The translations under genes were made by a program, and so were the position numbers. A stretch of DNA of 63,625 nucleotides, the filler included, from Octopus bimaculoides (taxonomy: Eukaryota), in the NCBI RefSeq assembly GCF_001194135.2. It is 6 parts of 6 records of this genome, joined end to end, with 100 filler letters (N's around TTAATTAATTAA, not from the genome) between each part and the next. Parts side by side here need not be neighbours in the genome. Positions count along the whole stretch, not along the records: positions 1 to 15,144 come from NC_068984.1; positions 15,245 to 26,930 come from NC_068991.1; 4 more parts are not named here. The stretch is one strand, 5' to 3'. The notes under the pieces are model-generated. The model saw only the letters and a program-made list of their open reading frames with translations. It ran no database searches and had not been told where the DNA came from. Below are positions 9,590 to 22,319 of this stretch, in pieces (positions within the stretch are counted from its first letter, which is position 1; the number at the start of each line of letters is the position of its first letter).

Positions 9590-12500
9590 ATAATTGAGGA
9601 TGGTGGAGGGACAATGCCAATACGCTTGACATTGTAAAAATTTGACATCTACTTCTAGCTTATTGGTGCTGTCATCCATTGTATGAGTGACTAAGACACA
9701 GTCATCTGCATAAAAGAGGTCATGAATAAGAGACTGGAAAACTTTTGAATTGATAGCAAATCAGTGCAGATTAAAGAGGCAGCCAGAAGCTTGATACCTA
9801 CATATATTCCCAGAGAGCTAACCTTAGCAAAAATGTTGTGGTGGACACTCCCAAGTGAGAAGTGGTCTGTTCAACTTCTGATAAATAATGAACAGACACA
9901 GTAAGCAGTGTCAGTCAGTGAGGTACACTGTTTGGGCTAGTCACACAGATGACGAAATACACTGTCATAACGTGAGACATATCAGTGGCAATGAGGAATT
10001 GGAGCTCACGCAGTGGAAAAATGTTATATACACTCAGTGAAAAATATATAAAAAAAGATTCTGAAGAAAAAAATGTCTAATAAAACTGGAAGTCCATAAG
10101 TAGTAGCGCTACCAGTAAACAATGTAGAATGGTACTACCTGCAGCACTAAAAAAAAATTATTGTGTGGAACAAGAAAAAATTTAAATAAGAAGAGAAAAA
10201 TGATTCTGGTTAGAAGAAAAAGAAATGAAAAAACAAACAGATAATAATGTTGTGCTGAAAGAAGAGAAAAAATTTCAAAGTGGGGTGGTTGTGGCAGACA
10301 CCCCCAAGTGAGAAGTGGGCTGTTCCACTACTGATAAATAGTGGACTGACACTGATAAACAGTGTCAGTCAGCAAGGTATGCTGCTTGGGCCAGTCACGC
10401 AGACAATGAAATACATTGTCATAATGTGGAACATATCAAAAAGCATGAGTAAAAGCAGCAGCAAAGTACAAAGAAAAAAGAGTTGGGACAAGGATGTCAC
10501 CATGCTTGACACCATTCTCTATAGGAATGGGTCCCACCATGCAACCACCAACATTGACCCAAGTCTCCATTCCATCATAGAATGATTTAATTATAGATAC
10601 AAAGTGATGCAGACATCCTAGTTTGCCAAGTATTTTCCATAGCAAGGCCCTATACACAGTAGCAAAGGCCTTGGTTAAATCAATGAATACCTGTTCTTAA
10701 CACTTCTCCTGCGTCTGTCTTGCCGTGAAAATCATATCCATAGTCCCTCTACCAGATCGGAAGTCACATTGAGATTAAGATAGGACATCATTTATGAGAC
10801 ACCCATTCAGGCGGCTAAGAAGAATATTTGCCAGAGCCTTGCGAGCAGCTGATAGTAGAGCAATACCTCTGTAGTTACCACACATTGTTCTGACTCCTTT
10901 TCCTTTATATAGAGGAAGAATAATTGCATCCTTCCGGTCCTTAGGGGTTGCACTATCCCTCCAGACTGCACTGATAAGTTCATGAAGGGACTGTATGATG
11001 TAATCACCAGCAAATTGCAAGACCTCAGCACAAATTCCATCCCTTCCAGGTGCCCTATGAAAATTCAATTTACTTATTGCTGTCATTACCTCATCTATTG
11101 AGGGTGTGGAATTTAAGGAGCCAATGATAGGTCTTTGTTGCATAGTATCAATCACTGTTTCTTCCACAACTGACTCATGGTTTAGGAGTTCAGAGAAGTG
11201 TTCAATCCAGCAACCTGTGATTTCTGTTGATTTAGTAAATAGAGTGGAAGACTCCTTGGAAAGCAAAGGAGCTGATGCAGAGCTCTTAGGCCCATAAACT
11301 TGATGCTAGATTTTGCTGCACAGCTGAAAGTCCTCTGTGCAGTAATACATTGAGGGCATGGTGCTTTACAACCAATAGTTGCTGAACTTCAGCATCATTT
11401 TAAACAGATCAGTCTCTGTGTCTGGCAGTAGCATATCCCAGTGTTTCAGCAGCACATTGAAGAACCTGATTTGAAAATCTTCTCATACTGTAATATTTTC
11501 AATGCTGGACAAGCAAGTCTGAAGCTCTTTCCTCAACACAGCATCATATATCTTGTGGACATTCAGACACTGAGGAATGCCAACTGGCCCTCTTCTCTCT
11601 TTCGCTCTAATTATCATCCAGAACTTTGCTCACACCAGACTGTAGTCTGTCCAGCATTCTGATCCATGAAAAGACTTGACATAACAAATGTCATAGATGT
11701 CATGCTTGCGGATCATGACATAATCCAGCAAGTGCTAAACTTTAGACTTGCATCCACGTTGTTGTGTGATCACCTTTGTGCATAAAATGAGTGCTTGCAA
11801 TGTAAAGCCCATGTTCATCATGAAGCTCCAGCAGCATGAGACCATTGCTATTCATTTTCCCTACACCAAAACGTCCTAGAGAGTGCCAGCTTTGCCAGTC
11901 TGTTCCAACCTTGGCACTGAAATCCCCCAGTAGAATGACTTTATCAGAAATGGGGATTTTCCTAAGTATGACTTTCAGCTGGGTATAAAAAATAGTTTTA
12001 TCTTCATCACAACTAGTCAAAGTAGGTGCATAGGCACTTATTGGAGTAGCAAACTGCCCACCTTTCAGGTGCAATTGTAGAGTTATTAGATGTTCATTTA
12101 TAGGAACAGGAATGTCCTCCAACTTCTTAAAGATAATAGATCGAACTGCAAAGCTAGCACCAGCCCCTCTGTACTCTTCCTCCAGCCTCATCTTCCACAA
12201 AAAGGTGTATCCACTTCCTACTTCCTCAAGCTGACCATCACCTTCTATACGAGTCTCTGAAAGTGCAGCTATATCAATGTTATAGTGGTTCAGTACACGA
12301 GCAACAAGTGCAGTGCATCTTTCAGGCCTACAATCACCCTTGTTATCCAACAGAGTGAACATTCCAACATGAAATGTTCAAGTTCCATGCAGATTTTGTA
12401 AAGAAAAGTCTCTTCGTTTTTTGAGTGTAGGGTGGACATCCATCAGTTGCACTAAACTGACCAGATACAGAAAGACAGGTAATTTTTGGTTGACCTTTTC

Positions 12501-13260
12501 TAGAACCTCCCTGGCCTCCGGATGAGCAGTGCCCTCTCCAAATCGAGCTGTTCAGACACCCATGCAGCAACTGAATCCTATCACTGTCTTGGGCGCAAGG
12601 AGAAGACTTTATATCTAGCATGAGCTGCCCACGTGCAGGTTACAGACTACATGCCTCCAACCCGTCAGGTCTGCACGCTTCACCCACCTTCCTATTGCTG
12701 CAGGACTTCTGAATAAAAATAAAATAAATATATATAGGGAAAGAAGAAAAAAAGCAGCACATATTGAGCAGAGTTCAGCAATGCCTGTGCAGAGTTTTAG
12801 GGCAATAAAACTTGCACGACACCTCATAGACCCTCTCCACTCTACTGACATTATCCAGAGACAAGCCAGATGAGGTGTCTGGTGCCAATTTGAGTTGCAG
12901 GTTCAGGGATGTGGGAGTACCATGATCTCTTGTACAAACCAAAGATTGCCAAAACGTCCAATGCCATTCTCTGCATATTTGGTTTTATATCAGATTGACC
13001 TTCTAGAGACATGCTTCAACAGAAGCTGAGGGGTGCCTCACTCCCAGTGTTCTTCTAGCACACTGGACACTATCTCGGAATTCCTGCATGTGCTCTTGCT
13101 AGATAGCCGTTGAGCCTGCACTAGGTTCATCTGACCTTTCACTAGGTCATTTTTTAAATCCTACTGTGTTTCTAGCAACCCTCCTCACCAGGGTAGCTTG
13201 GTGAGGGTGCTGGTTTAGTTGCCAACAACCCAACCATGCAACAGGTTGTACTGGATTCCA
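9590..13260 (-). mobile_element. BovB-like RTE LINE (5' UTR, AP endonuclease, RT to YADD), 3'-truncated, degenerate
   Basis: RPERCTALVARVLNHYNIDIAALSETRIEGDGQLEEVGSGYTFLW; ISAYAPTL; ILLGDFSAKVG; APGRDGICAE; LYKGKG...CGNYRGIALLS; GVKHGDILVPTLFSLYF; LIHDLFYADDCVL. Confidence 0.9.
9834..10438 (+). mobile_element. Miniature non-coding LTR element (TRIM-like), Gypsy-type signals
   Basis: Direct repeats at 9834-9984 and 10287-10438, both ending ATATCA, the first starting TGT. PBS-like TGGCAATGAGGA at 9986-9997, purine tract AAAGTGGGG before the second repeat, AAAA on both flanks. It splits the RTE RT between THAF and GIY.RY. Confidence 0.75.
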
Positions 13261-14559
13261 TGTTACCAGTAACATTTATTAGCCTCATATGTGACCTGAC
13301 ATGTGACCAACATACATACATATATACATACATACACACACACACATACATACATATATATATATAACCAAGGACAATGGAGTAGCAAGTCCCTTTTTTC
13401 ACTGATTACAATTGTTTCACCAAACACCAATCCCATGATCATTGCTATATTATGCAGTGATGGATGTAACTATCTATACATGAGGTGTCATAGACACAAT
13501 ATTGAAGATTGATTTATTTTGTGTGGATACAAGAGTTAACAATAATTTATATCCATAGTGAGTTGAGCTTGTTGATTACTATATAGTGGTAGACAAAAAT
13601 TTTATGTTGAGAAGTATATCTTGCGACTAAATATCACTGAAATATCTCTCTTCTTTGCCTATCTGTGTGTGTATGTGTGTGTGTGTATGACTGAGATTCT
13701 GTGGTAAATATCTGTTGACTACTATGATGCCCTTTTATGGCTGACTGCTATATAATGACAGACAAAGGATTTCACATTGATAAAAATATGATTCTGTGTT
13801 GCCATTCCCTTGCCTAAATGACAGGTAGTATGAAGTTTCCTCTGGAGAAGAATTTCACTGCGAGTACTTTAAGACAGAAACAGTTAAAATGCCTATAATT
13901 TATTATATTGTCTAAAAATAAAAACTTTTCTTTCTTTCTCTTCTCTTTTCAATTCGTCATTCTTGATTGGTCAACTCAAACAAGGATTTGTTTTTTATTG
14001 GACAAGTGATATGAAAATGCAACCATTTAAACATGCTCAGTTCAATATGGGTATAAATTATCGTTAGTTTCCACTGCATATAATCTTTATACATAATTCT
14101 GAAGAATTGATCTTTGACACTGTGTTTAGGACACCTCATGTATTAATGGTTGCATATATATAAAATAGCAATGCTCATGAGATCAATTTTCAGTATAAAA
14201 ACTGTAAATCAATGAAATAAAACAACTTGCTCACTCCATTCTCCTTGGTTATAATTGTAGAAATTCTGCAGATATTTCTGGATTTTCAGGCAGGTATTTA
14301 ATATAACAAACAATCTTCAGATTATCATCTGTCTGATAGCCTGGATCTGAGGTTAAATAGTGTAAACTGAAATTATATATCTGTATATATAAAAGGCAGG
14401 ATGTGTGTGTGTGTGTACATGAATGTAATTTATGCACGTCCACAAATTAGCACGGATGTCGTTCCAATTTTAGGAGGACATTCGTCATGACCCTATCTGC
14501 ATTTTCGTCAACTTTTTCTCTCAGAGGCACCCGCGTATAACTGTAAAAATCGATTTTCA

Positions 14560-14645
14560 ACCATAACTTTTACCAATTTTGAAGTTTGCTAACATGGCGA
14601 AGTGAAAGTGAGCATATGCGCGTGAAGGAGAGAGAGAAATTGTGT
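14560..14645 (-). promoter_or_regulatory. Candidate housekeeping-type promoter / first exon
   Basis: Minus strand: pyrimidine-rich TTTCTCTCTCTCCTTC followed by a YY1-like CGCCATGTT and a possible donor TTG|gtaaaa. Sits at a visible switch from CpG-poor to CpG-containing sequence. Confidence 0.35.
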
Positions 14646-15102
14646 GTTGATGTATGTGTGTGTGAGAAGGGGAGTGAGGGAGAGATAAAGATTGTTTGCC
14701 AGCGTTTAACAAAAAAAGTAAAGAAAAAGTAGGAGAGGGAGACAGAAAGAGTCTAACGAAAGAAAAGGTAGATGTGATTAAGGAAGACAAAGTAAGTGTA
14801 AAATGTAAAATGCTTTTTTTTCTTAAACATGAGATATAGTTTCAAATATAGGATGTTTTTGAAAGACACTATATTTTATAATGAGATTATATATACTTTC
14901 TCACACAACAATTAAAATATATTTATTTTAAATCGTTCATCTTTCTCCCCCCTCTCACTCTCACGTACTAATTTGGGAGCGAAAGAGTTTTGTTTATATT
15001 TCACGCCGAAGAAAAAAGTTTATTGACAATCCATTTATTTAACAACAATGAAACAAAGAGGTATGTAACAATTTGTCAGTGATTTGGCGGACGCCATTTT
15101 TT

Positions 15103-15127
15103 AGAGTTAGAGTTAGGGTTAGGGTTA
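15103..15127 (+). repeat. Short interstitial telomere-like repeat (TTAGAG/TTAGGG)
   Basis: TTAGAGTTAGAGTTAGGGTTAGGGTTA, next to a gap. Confidence 0.6.
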
Positions 15128-15244
15128 TGAGTATTTTTGCTAAANNNNNNNNNNNNNNNNNNNNNNNNNNNNNNNNNNNNNNNNNNNNTTAATTAATTAA
15201 NNNNNNNNNNNNNNNNNNNNNNNNNNNNNNNNNNNNNNNNNNNN

Positions 15245-15713
15245 ACCCAAAATTTGAAAGAATTTCGAACAGAAACAAAGTACAACTTCTGTGTTTGGCG
15301 TTTATAGATTTAATTATTTCACTCCACACAATTATGGTAATATAATACATTGAAAGAATAATATACGAAATTGAAGGAGAGAAATGAAAAAACGACCAAC
15401 CTTCAAGACGTCAGATTTCGGACGTTCTGTTGGCGTCTTAACATTCTCCTTCGTCTTTGAATCCTGATGAGAAAGAAAATGCCATTTTGTGTTCAGGTGG
15501 ATCAAATATAACTGAAGTTCCAGATACAAGTGAAACAATACGTACAATCGCTAAAGAACATGAACTAAATTGTATAGTTATTCTTTCACAAATAGTCGAC
15601 TAACACTGGTAGCAGACTGCGGCTGATATAGCATTGGATATTCTCTAAGAAATATCACGACTTAGCTCACTTTAGTACTCTAATTTACTGCAGATATACT
15701 CTTTCGAAAAACG
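15245..15713. repeat. Direct duplication, copy 1 of a ~470-bp block
   Basis: Aligns along its length with 16731-17247 (about 85-90% by eye). Confidence 0.9.
15401..15463 (-). CDS. Candidate 63-nt phase-0 exon (DSKTKENVKTPTERPKSDVLK)
   Basis: Acceptor ttttctttctcatcag|GAT, donor AAG|gttggt, 21 open codons. Homologous to the exons at 16887-16949 and 18017-18082. Confidence 0.55.
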
Positions 15714-15829
15714 TATTTACTCGCATATCTTGTGTTATTAGGACACCATTCGTTTGTCCCGTGCACTAACGATTCTGTAATCTCGCCACCGTCCTCTTTA
15801 GAATAATGGCTTCAATTTGTGACACGATT

Positions 15830-16020
15830 AGAGCAATTTCGGAAAAGTGGTTAAGTCTATTACACAGATCCCAGTGCACAACTGGTGCTTAATTTATCCA
15901 GTTCCAAAGAATGAAAAGCAACTTCGTCCTCAGCTAAATAGAAACTCGGAGCATAAACGGAAGAAATAGCGCTCAATGTTTTTTTGCGCGGAGTGCTAAC
16001 GATTCTGGCAGCTCACTGCC
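15830..16020 (-). mobile_element. SINE, family B (degenerate)
   Basis: Reverse complement similarity to 35745-35960. Confidence 0.6.
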
Positions 16021-16665
16021 TTATATTTCCTGACTATTCCTAAATCTACATAATTGGTTGAATTAGCTCCCTGTCAATATCTCACTGCCATTCCAAACAA
16101 GTTTATAATGCATTTAACTTTAAATCAGAAATCATGTTTTATGTATTATTTCTGTAATCATTCTTTCATTNNNNNNNNNNNNNNNNNNNNNNNNNNNNNN
16201 NNNNNNNNNNNNNNNNNNNNNNNNNNNNNNNNNNNNNNNNNNNNNNNNNNNNNNNNNNNNNNNNNNNNNNNNNNNNNNNNNNNNNNNNNNNNNNNNNNNN
16301 NNNNNNNNNNNNNNNNNNNNNNNNNNNNNNNNNNNNNNNNNNNNNNNNNNNNNNNNNNNNNNNNNNNNNNNNNNNNNNNNNNNNNNNNNNNNNNNNNNNN
16401 NNNNNNNNNNNNNNNNNNNNNNNNNNNNNNNNNNNNNNNNNNNNNNNNNNNNNNNNNNNNNNNNNNNNNNNNNNNNNNNNNNNNNNNNNNNNNNNNNNNN
16501 NNNNNNNNNNNNNNNNNNNNNNNNNNNNNNNNNNNNNNNNNNNNNNNNNNNNNNNNNNNNNNNNNNNNNNNNNNNNNNNNNNNNNNNNNNNNNNNNNNNN
16601 NNNNNNNNNNNNNNNNNNNNNNNNNNNNNNNATATACCTACATACACACACACACACACACACAT

Positions 16666-16705
<40 letters not shown>

Positions 16706-16730
16706 GAGAAGTGTGGAATTCATTTATTTG

Positions 16731-17247
16731 ACCCAGAATTTGAAAGAACTTCAAACAGAAACAACATACAACTTCTGTGTTCGGCGTTTGTAGATTTTGT
16801 TAGTTCACTCCACACAATTATCGCAATATAATACATTGAAAGAATAATATAGGAAATTGAAGGAGAGAAATGAAAAAACGACCAACCTTCGAGGCGTCAG
16901 ATTTAGGACGTTCCGTTTGCGTCTTAACATTCTTCATAGTCTTTGAATCCTGATGAGAAAGAAAATACCATTCTATTTTCAAGTGAATCATACATAACTG
17001 AAGTTACTGTTACAAGTGAAACAATACGTACAATCGCTAAAGAACATGAACTAAATTGTATAGTTATTCTTTCACAAATAGTCGAATAACACTGGTAGCA
17101 CGCTGCNNNNNNNNNNCTTTCACAAATAGTCGAATAACACTGGTAGCACGCTGCCGCTGATGTAGCATTGGATATTCTCTAAGAAATAACACGACTTAGC
17201 TCACTTTAGTACTGTAATTTACTGCAGATATACTCTTTCGAAAAACG
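16731..17247. repeat. Direct duplication, copy 2 of the ~470-bp block
   Basis: Aligns with 15245-15713. Contains a small overlap artefact around the N-run at 17107-17116. Confidence 0.9.
16887..16949 (-). CDS. Candidate 63-nt phase-0 exon (DSKTMKNVKTQTERPKSDASK)
   Basis: Acceptor ttttctttctcatcag|GAT, donor AAG|gttggt, open frame. Confidence 0.55.
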
Positions 17248-17384
17248 CTTTCCGATAATGCATTCTCTGTCTCTCCTATATATATTTTTTTGAAATTCGA
17301 GCAATTAATGCAGTAGATCTATTTTCTGCTTTTACAATTCATATCTGCATTTGCAAAAATCTGTCCATGTTTTCCTTAACTTAC

Positions 17385-17444
17385 ATGCCGATTGATCAAC
17401 ACCATATTATCAAAGTTCTGCTCGTTGAAGCGTTCTAAGAGGTA
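17385..17444 (-). CDS. Candidate 60-nt phase-0 exon (YLLERFNEQNFDNMVLINRH)
   Basis: Acceptor ttcttcacaacttcag|TAC, consensus donor CAT|gtaagt, 20 open codons. No homology recognised. Confidence 0.35.
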
Positions 17445-17631
17445 CTGAAGTTGTGAAGAACTCAATTGTCAGTTAAACACCTTTGAAATCTGATGATTAC
17501 TCTATGTATGAAAGCCCTAATTTAAATTTATGAGTATAACAAGATACTTTTTTAATGTTAAATTATCATAACAGAACACATGAAAACCAGACCATGCTTT
17601 AACTTCATTCAACTGATATATATATATATAT

Positions 17632-17750
<119 letters not shown>

Positions 17751-18016
17751 CCCCCATATACATTGAAACAAAAAGCCAAACAGATGTGAGTGAAAGAGCC
17801 AGTTACTTGGAAGAATTTTTTTAGCTTTACTCGACTATATTTGTTCTACAGTGTCATTTTCCTCGCATGAAATGGTTACCAGCATTTTATTAATATGAGA
17901 GAGAATAGGAGTATCAAATAACGTATATATTTCTGTATAATTTATATTCACTAAATTTATGATCCATTAAAAGAATAATATACGATATTAAAGAAGTGAA
18001 ATTAAAAGCAACTTAC

Positions 18017-18082
18017 ATTCAAATGATCAAATTTAGTATGTTCTATTGGTTTCTTAATCTTCTGCATAGTCTCTGAATCCAG
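18017..18082 (-). CDS. Candidate 66-nt phase-0 exon (LDSETMQKIKKPIEHTKFDHLN), diverged member of the repeat-exon series
   Basis: Acceptor catttctcag|CTG GAT TCA and consensus donor AAT|gtaagt. Aligns codon for codon with the two 63-nt exons. Confidence 0.55.
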
Positions 18083-18163
18083 CTGAGAAATGTATTGGCA
18101 TATGCTTAACGATATTTAATTACGATTCAAATAATGAATATGAATAACAGAGGCAAGTATATT

Positions 18164-18213
<50 letters not shown>

Positions 18214-19528
18214 AAAGTATATTTGTATATATATGTATATATATATGTGTGTGTGTATGTAGGTATATATACATATTTATGTATATGAATATATACGTAT
18301 GCATGTATATATGTATATATATATATATATGTGTGTGTGTATGCATGTATGTATGTATGTATGTATGTATTTATTTATATATATACACACATTGCAGCTG
18401 TTTCTGGGATATTGTGGATATCCCATCATCGGAGACGATGTGAGATGGTTAAATAGAGGTAAATATTTGAGTTCGAAGTAAGGAAATATTATGGAAAAGG
18501 AGGAGATAGGGAAAATAGAGGGGAATAAGAGAATGAAAGTAGAAGTAAAATATAAAATAAGATATTGTAGTTGCAGTTCCATTATTCGAGGAAAGTGATG
18601 TATAGAAGAGGTAAAAAAAGTATCCTGTACATGGTATGCAAGTTCCAACAGTATTTCATGTTTAGTTATTTCAAAGTATGGAACCGTGAATTCTGTGTTG
18701 CTCGTACGAAAGGGTCTTGTGGTGTGAAAGAAAATTTGAGAATGTATTGGTAGTATTTGTGGATAGATGGTGGGGGAGATGTGTATGATTAGAATGACGA
18801 GATAGGTCAAATTGAAAATAGGAAGAGAAAATCAGAGGAAGACAGAGAGAAAAAGAGAGAAAAAGAGAAAAACAAAAGAGAGAAAAAGTGAAAAGAGTGA
18901 AAGAAGTGAGAAAAGATGTGTTAGTTGGTGGTCAAGAAAATGTGAGGGGAGGATGGAAAAGGGATGGGGGAGGGATAGGTACAGATGAGAGAGTAAAGAG
19001 TGAATACGTGTGAGATATATGAGTGGGGTGATGTGATAGAGCTGCGTTAAGAGATGGGTAGAGAAAAGGGACAGGTGGGTTTTAGTAAAAAATTTAAAGT
19101 GGAGGGAAGAATACAAGGATATCAAATTTCAATAAGTAGACGCGTGTGATTGTATTTGCTAGTGTGCCAGTTGGAATTAGAGAGGAGGGAAAATGATATA
19201 ATGATATACGTACGCGCGCACACACGTACATATATATCCGTAAATATATTCATACGCGCATATGCGTGCGCATACATATACACATAATGCACATGCACAT
19301 AATACGCGCAGGCGCACATGCGATTAGTCACAGTCACACGCATGCGCGCATACAGGTACGTACGTATACATATATAGACATACTCATATATAGACATACT
19401 CATATACATTTGTATATACATATGCACGTATAGATACATACACACACATACATATATATGTATATATATAAAACCTACATATAACCACATATATATATAT
19501 ATACATACACAAATATACATGCACACAC

Positions 19529-19564
<36 letters not shown>

Positions 19565-20500
19565 CCGCTTGCATGTCCATATATGTTGTATTAAATGATT
19601 GAGATCCTTAAAGTAAGGTAGGGAGGTTAAAAAAATTAAAGATTAAAAATTAAGTTGGGGATAAAGGAAAGTTAAGTAGGGTTTGGGGGGATTACCTAAG
19701 AAATGTCGTGGATATATGCTGTGTGATTATTTAGGTTGCATTTAGATTTGGGGTAAAATTTGAAGGTATGAAAAAAGCGGTAGCTGCATATACTTAGGGC
19801 CTCATTATATTTACTTAGTAGTGTCGAGGATTTGTGTTTTAATATGTGGAATGGCTCTTTTAGGCATAGTTTACAAGCTAAACGTTGATCGTGGTATGGA
19901 AGCCCTGAATCTATTGCGTATATGTATGTGTATATGTATGCGCACGCATATGCGTGTATTTATTACTAAAACCTCACCCATACCTTTTCTCTACCGCTTT
20001 CGTGATTTAATTTTAAGTGTTCCAGGAGTCATATGTGAGACGTTATGATCAGCAGAATAGATGGGGTGTTTGTGCTCATCACTGACTTCACTTGTTAGAG
20101 ACACAGAGAATTAAACCACATTAACATTTTACCAGTAAAAAGCAGCAAGATAATACTCCATTTCCCGAAAATCTTGAGTTCGAAGTTAAAATGCAAACTT
20201 GCACACGGATACACACGCACACAGACACACACTGACACGGACGGACATGGACACAGATACACACACACGCACAAAAGCACACACACTTAATGTATGTGTA
20301 TGCTCACTTAAATGTATGCACACTTAAATATAGAACTGTATTAACACTTAATGTATGTGTGCATGTATATATATATATGTGTGTAGCTCACTGTTCCATT
20401 AAGGTAAGATCATGAAAGGAAGTACTCAATCCAGATAGTAATAAATGTCCATTAATGTACACAGTATTAAGATACGAGCTACTAATAGTTCCTTTCTTTA

Positions 20501-21308
20501 GAGACGCGGATCTAGGCAGGTTCTTATAACACACCGTGTGTCTCCAACAATATTAAGGCTCTGAGCATAAGGTCTATTCAGTCAATTTGCAAATGCGCAT
20601 GCTAGTTCAATTGAAATCACGATAAAAACGAGATGTATTGTAGAAAAAAAAGGTACAAATAAACATATCCGAAATTTTATGCTAACACATTGTTTTCAAG
20701 ATACTCCAAAACGGGCTAAATTCAAAGTGAACTGAGATAATACCTCTAATACAGGAATACATACAAAAAGAACTTTAAGAAGAAATATATTTTAAAGAAA
20801 GCTAGTTTAGTATTTACGCTTATGATAACGTCAGTAGATAACGAAAGAATAAAAAATGAACATAGAAATTATACATCACGACATATCCAGTTACTAAATT
20901 GTTAAAATTTCTTTTAACTATGCTTATTAGATTATAGAACAATTAATTATAATTAAGGAGTTATTTACTATTGTAATACTTAAATGTTTTTCCTTTATTA
21001 AGAGAACACTTTAATGTGTATTGTTTCAACAATTCAATGATTCTAATTTTGTAGTAATTATATAATACATTTCCTTTGAGCCAAGATCACATTTAATTCT
21101 TTCAGTATTGTACGATGGAGCGTAACTAATAATGGACCACTTTATATCATAATTAATGTTCCTGTCTTTCAAATCCCAAATGCATTTACTATTTCAATTG
21201 TACCAGCGTCCTCATTTGCACATTGATTGAACAGACCTTATGTTTAGAGCCTGAACATTGCTTGGAGACACAAGGCATGTTATAAAAACCTGCCTAGATC
21301 TGCACCTC
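20501..21308. mobile_element. MITE-like element with ~95-bp terminal inverted repeats
   Basis: 20501-20595 is the reverse complement of 21213-21308 (about 80% by eye), around an AT-rich non-coding interior. TSD not resolved. Confidence 0.7.
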
Positions 21309-21353
21309 TTTACTAGGTATAGAAATTAACAAAATAAGCTGTACAGAACTTAC

Positions 21354-21404
21354 CAGTTGGGGGAAAAGAGAATATAACAGCAAAGAACGTCCTATCTGCA
21401 ACGT
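21354..21404 (-). CDS. Candidate 51-nt exon (phase 0: TLQIGRSLLLYSLFPQL)
   Basis: Strong acceptor ccttttactttttgcag and donor CTG|gtaagt. Length is a multiple of 3. The reading frame is not established. Confidence 0.3.
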
Positions 21405-22319
21405 CTGCAAAAAGTAAAAGGAGTGAAAGTTCTTAACTTACCGATTTACGATTGTGATTGAATGTAAGAGCCGACAGATTAAAACAATAAAACTTTACAG
21501 TCAATCTAATGCCACCATACATAATGGAGTGACAAACGTCTAATTAATTAATAGTAATAATAAAGTATAGATGCATAAGGGAAGTCAGTCATTTACTCAA
21601 ATACAGTCGTTGATGATATTTGTACATACCTTTACAATATTCAATGTAAATGTCTGCAGTGTATATATTTGTATAGCAACATTTTGTAGGCAAATTATGG
21701 AGACATAATAATAAATATGACAAATCAAGTAAATTAGCGAACAATATCTATTTTATTATTGCATCACGTGAATGTAAAAGAGAAAATAAGTAACTATTTG
21801 TAATTCATGTTAAAACAATAAAAACAAACAGATCAGAATAAAGAAGCCAGTATCTTGGATGCGTTATAAGTTTTCATAGCTCTAACAGGATATTTATTTT
21901 GCAATAACATATCAACCATATGAAATGGTTAGTAATAACATCTTAATGGGAGCGAGAATATCAACGAAATATCACAAGATACGATATTTAGTTCTATATA
22001 ATTTATAATCATCGAAAATTGTGATACATTTTTTCAAAAATCAAAGAGATTCGAAATTAAAGACGATAAATTCAAAACCAACTTACTTCCGGAATTTTTA
22101 ACGTTTGCTGGGAAAGCTTTTTTAATATGTCAAAATCTGTAGGTAAGTTCTTGACAACCTGTAGAGGTAACAAGATGGGAAGCTGTTTACAAGTGGATCA
22201 TAAGTAGACTATATACAGGCAGGATAATCCGAAAAAGTGCAAATGAGTATGAATTAAATTACTTGGTTAATAGTTCTTTAGTTTTTCTTTTTCCTTTTTC
22301 AAACCTTAAATGATAGTTT

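Noticed and set aside
15189-15200. TTAATTAATTAA islands between N-runs (also 26975-26986, 48236-48247, 59211-59222, 61765-61776)
   Set aside because: An identical 12-mer always embedded in gaps is a scaffolding spacer, not biological sequence.
18277-18810. 177-aa hydrophobic minus-strand ORF in a purine-skewed region
   Set aside because: Composition follows the strand skew. No motif recognised; possibly a decayed LINE that I cannot assign.
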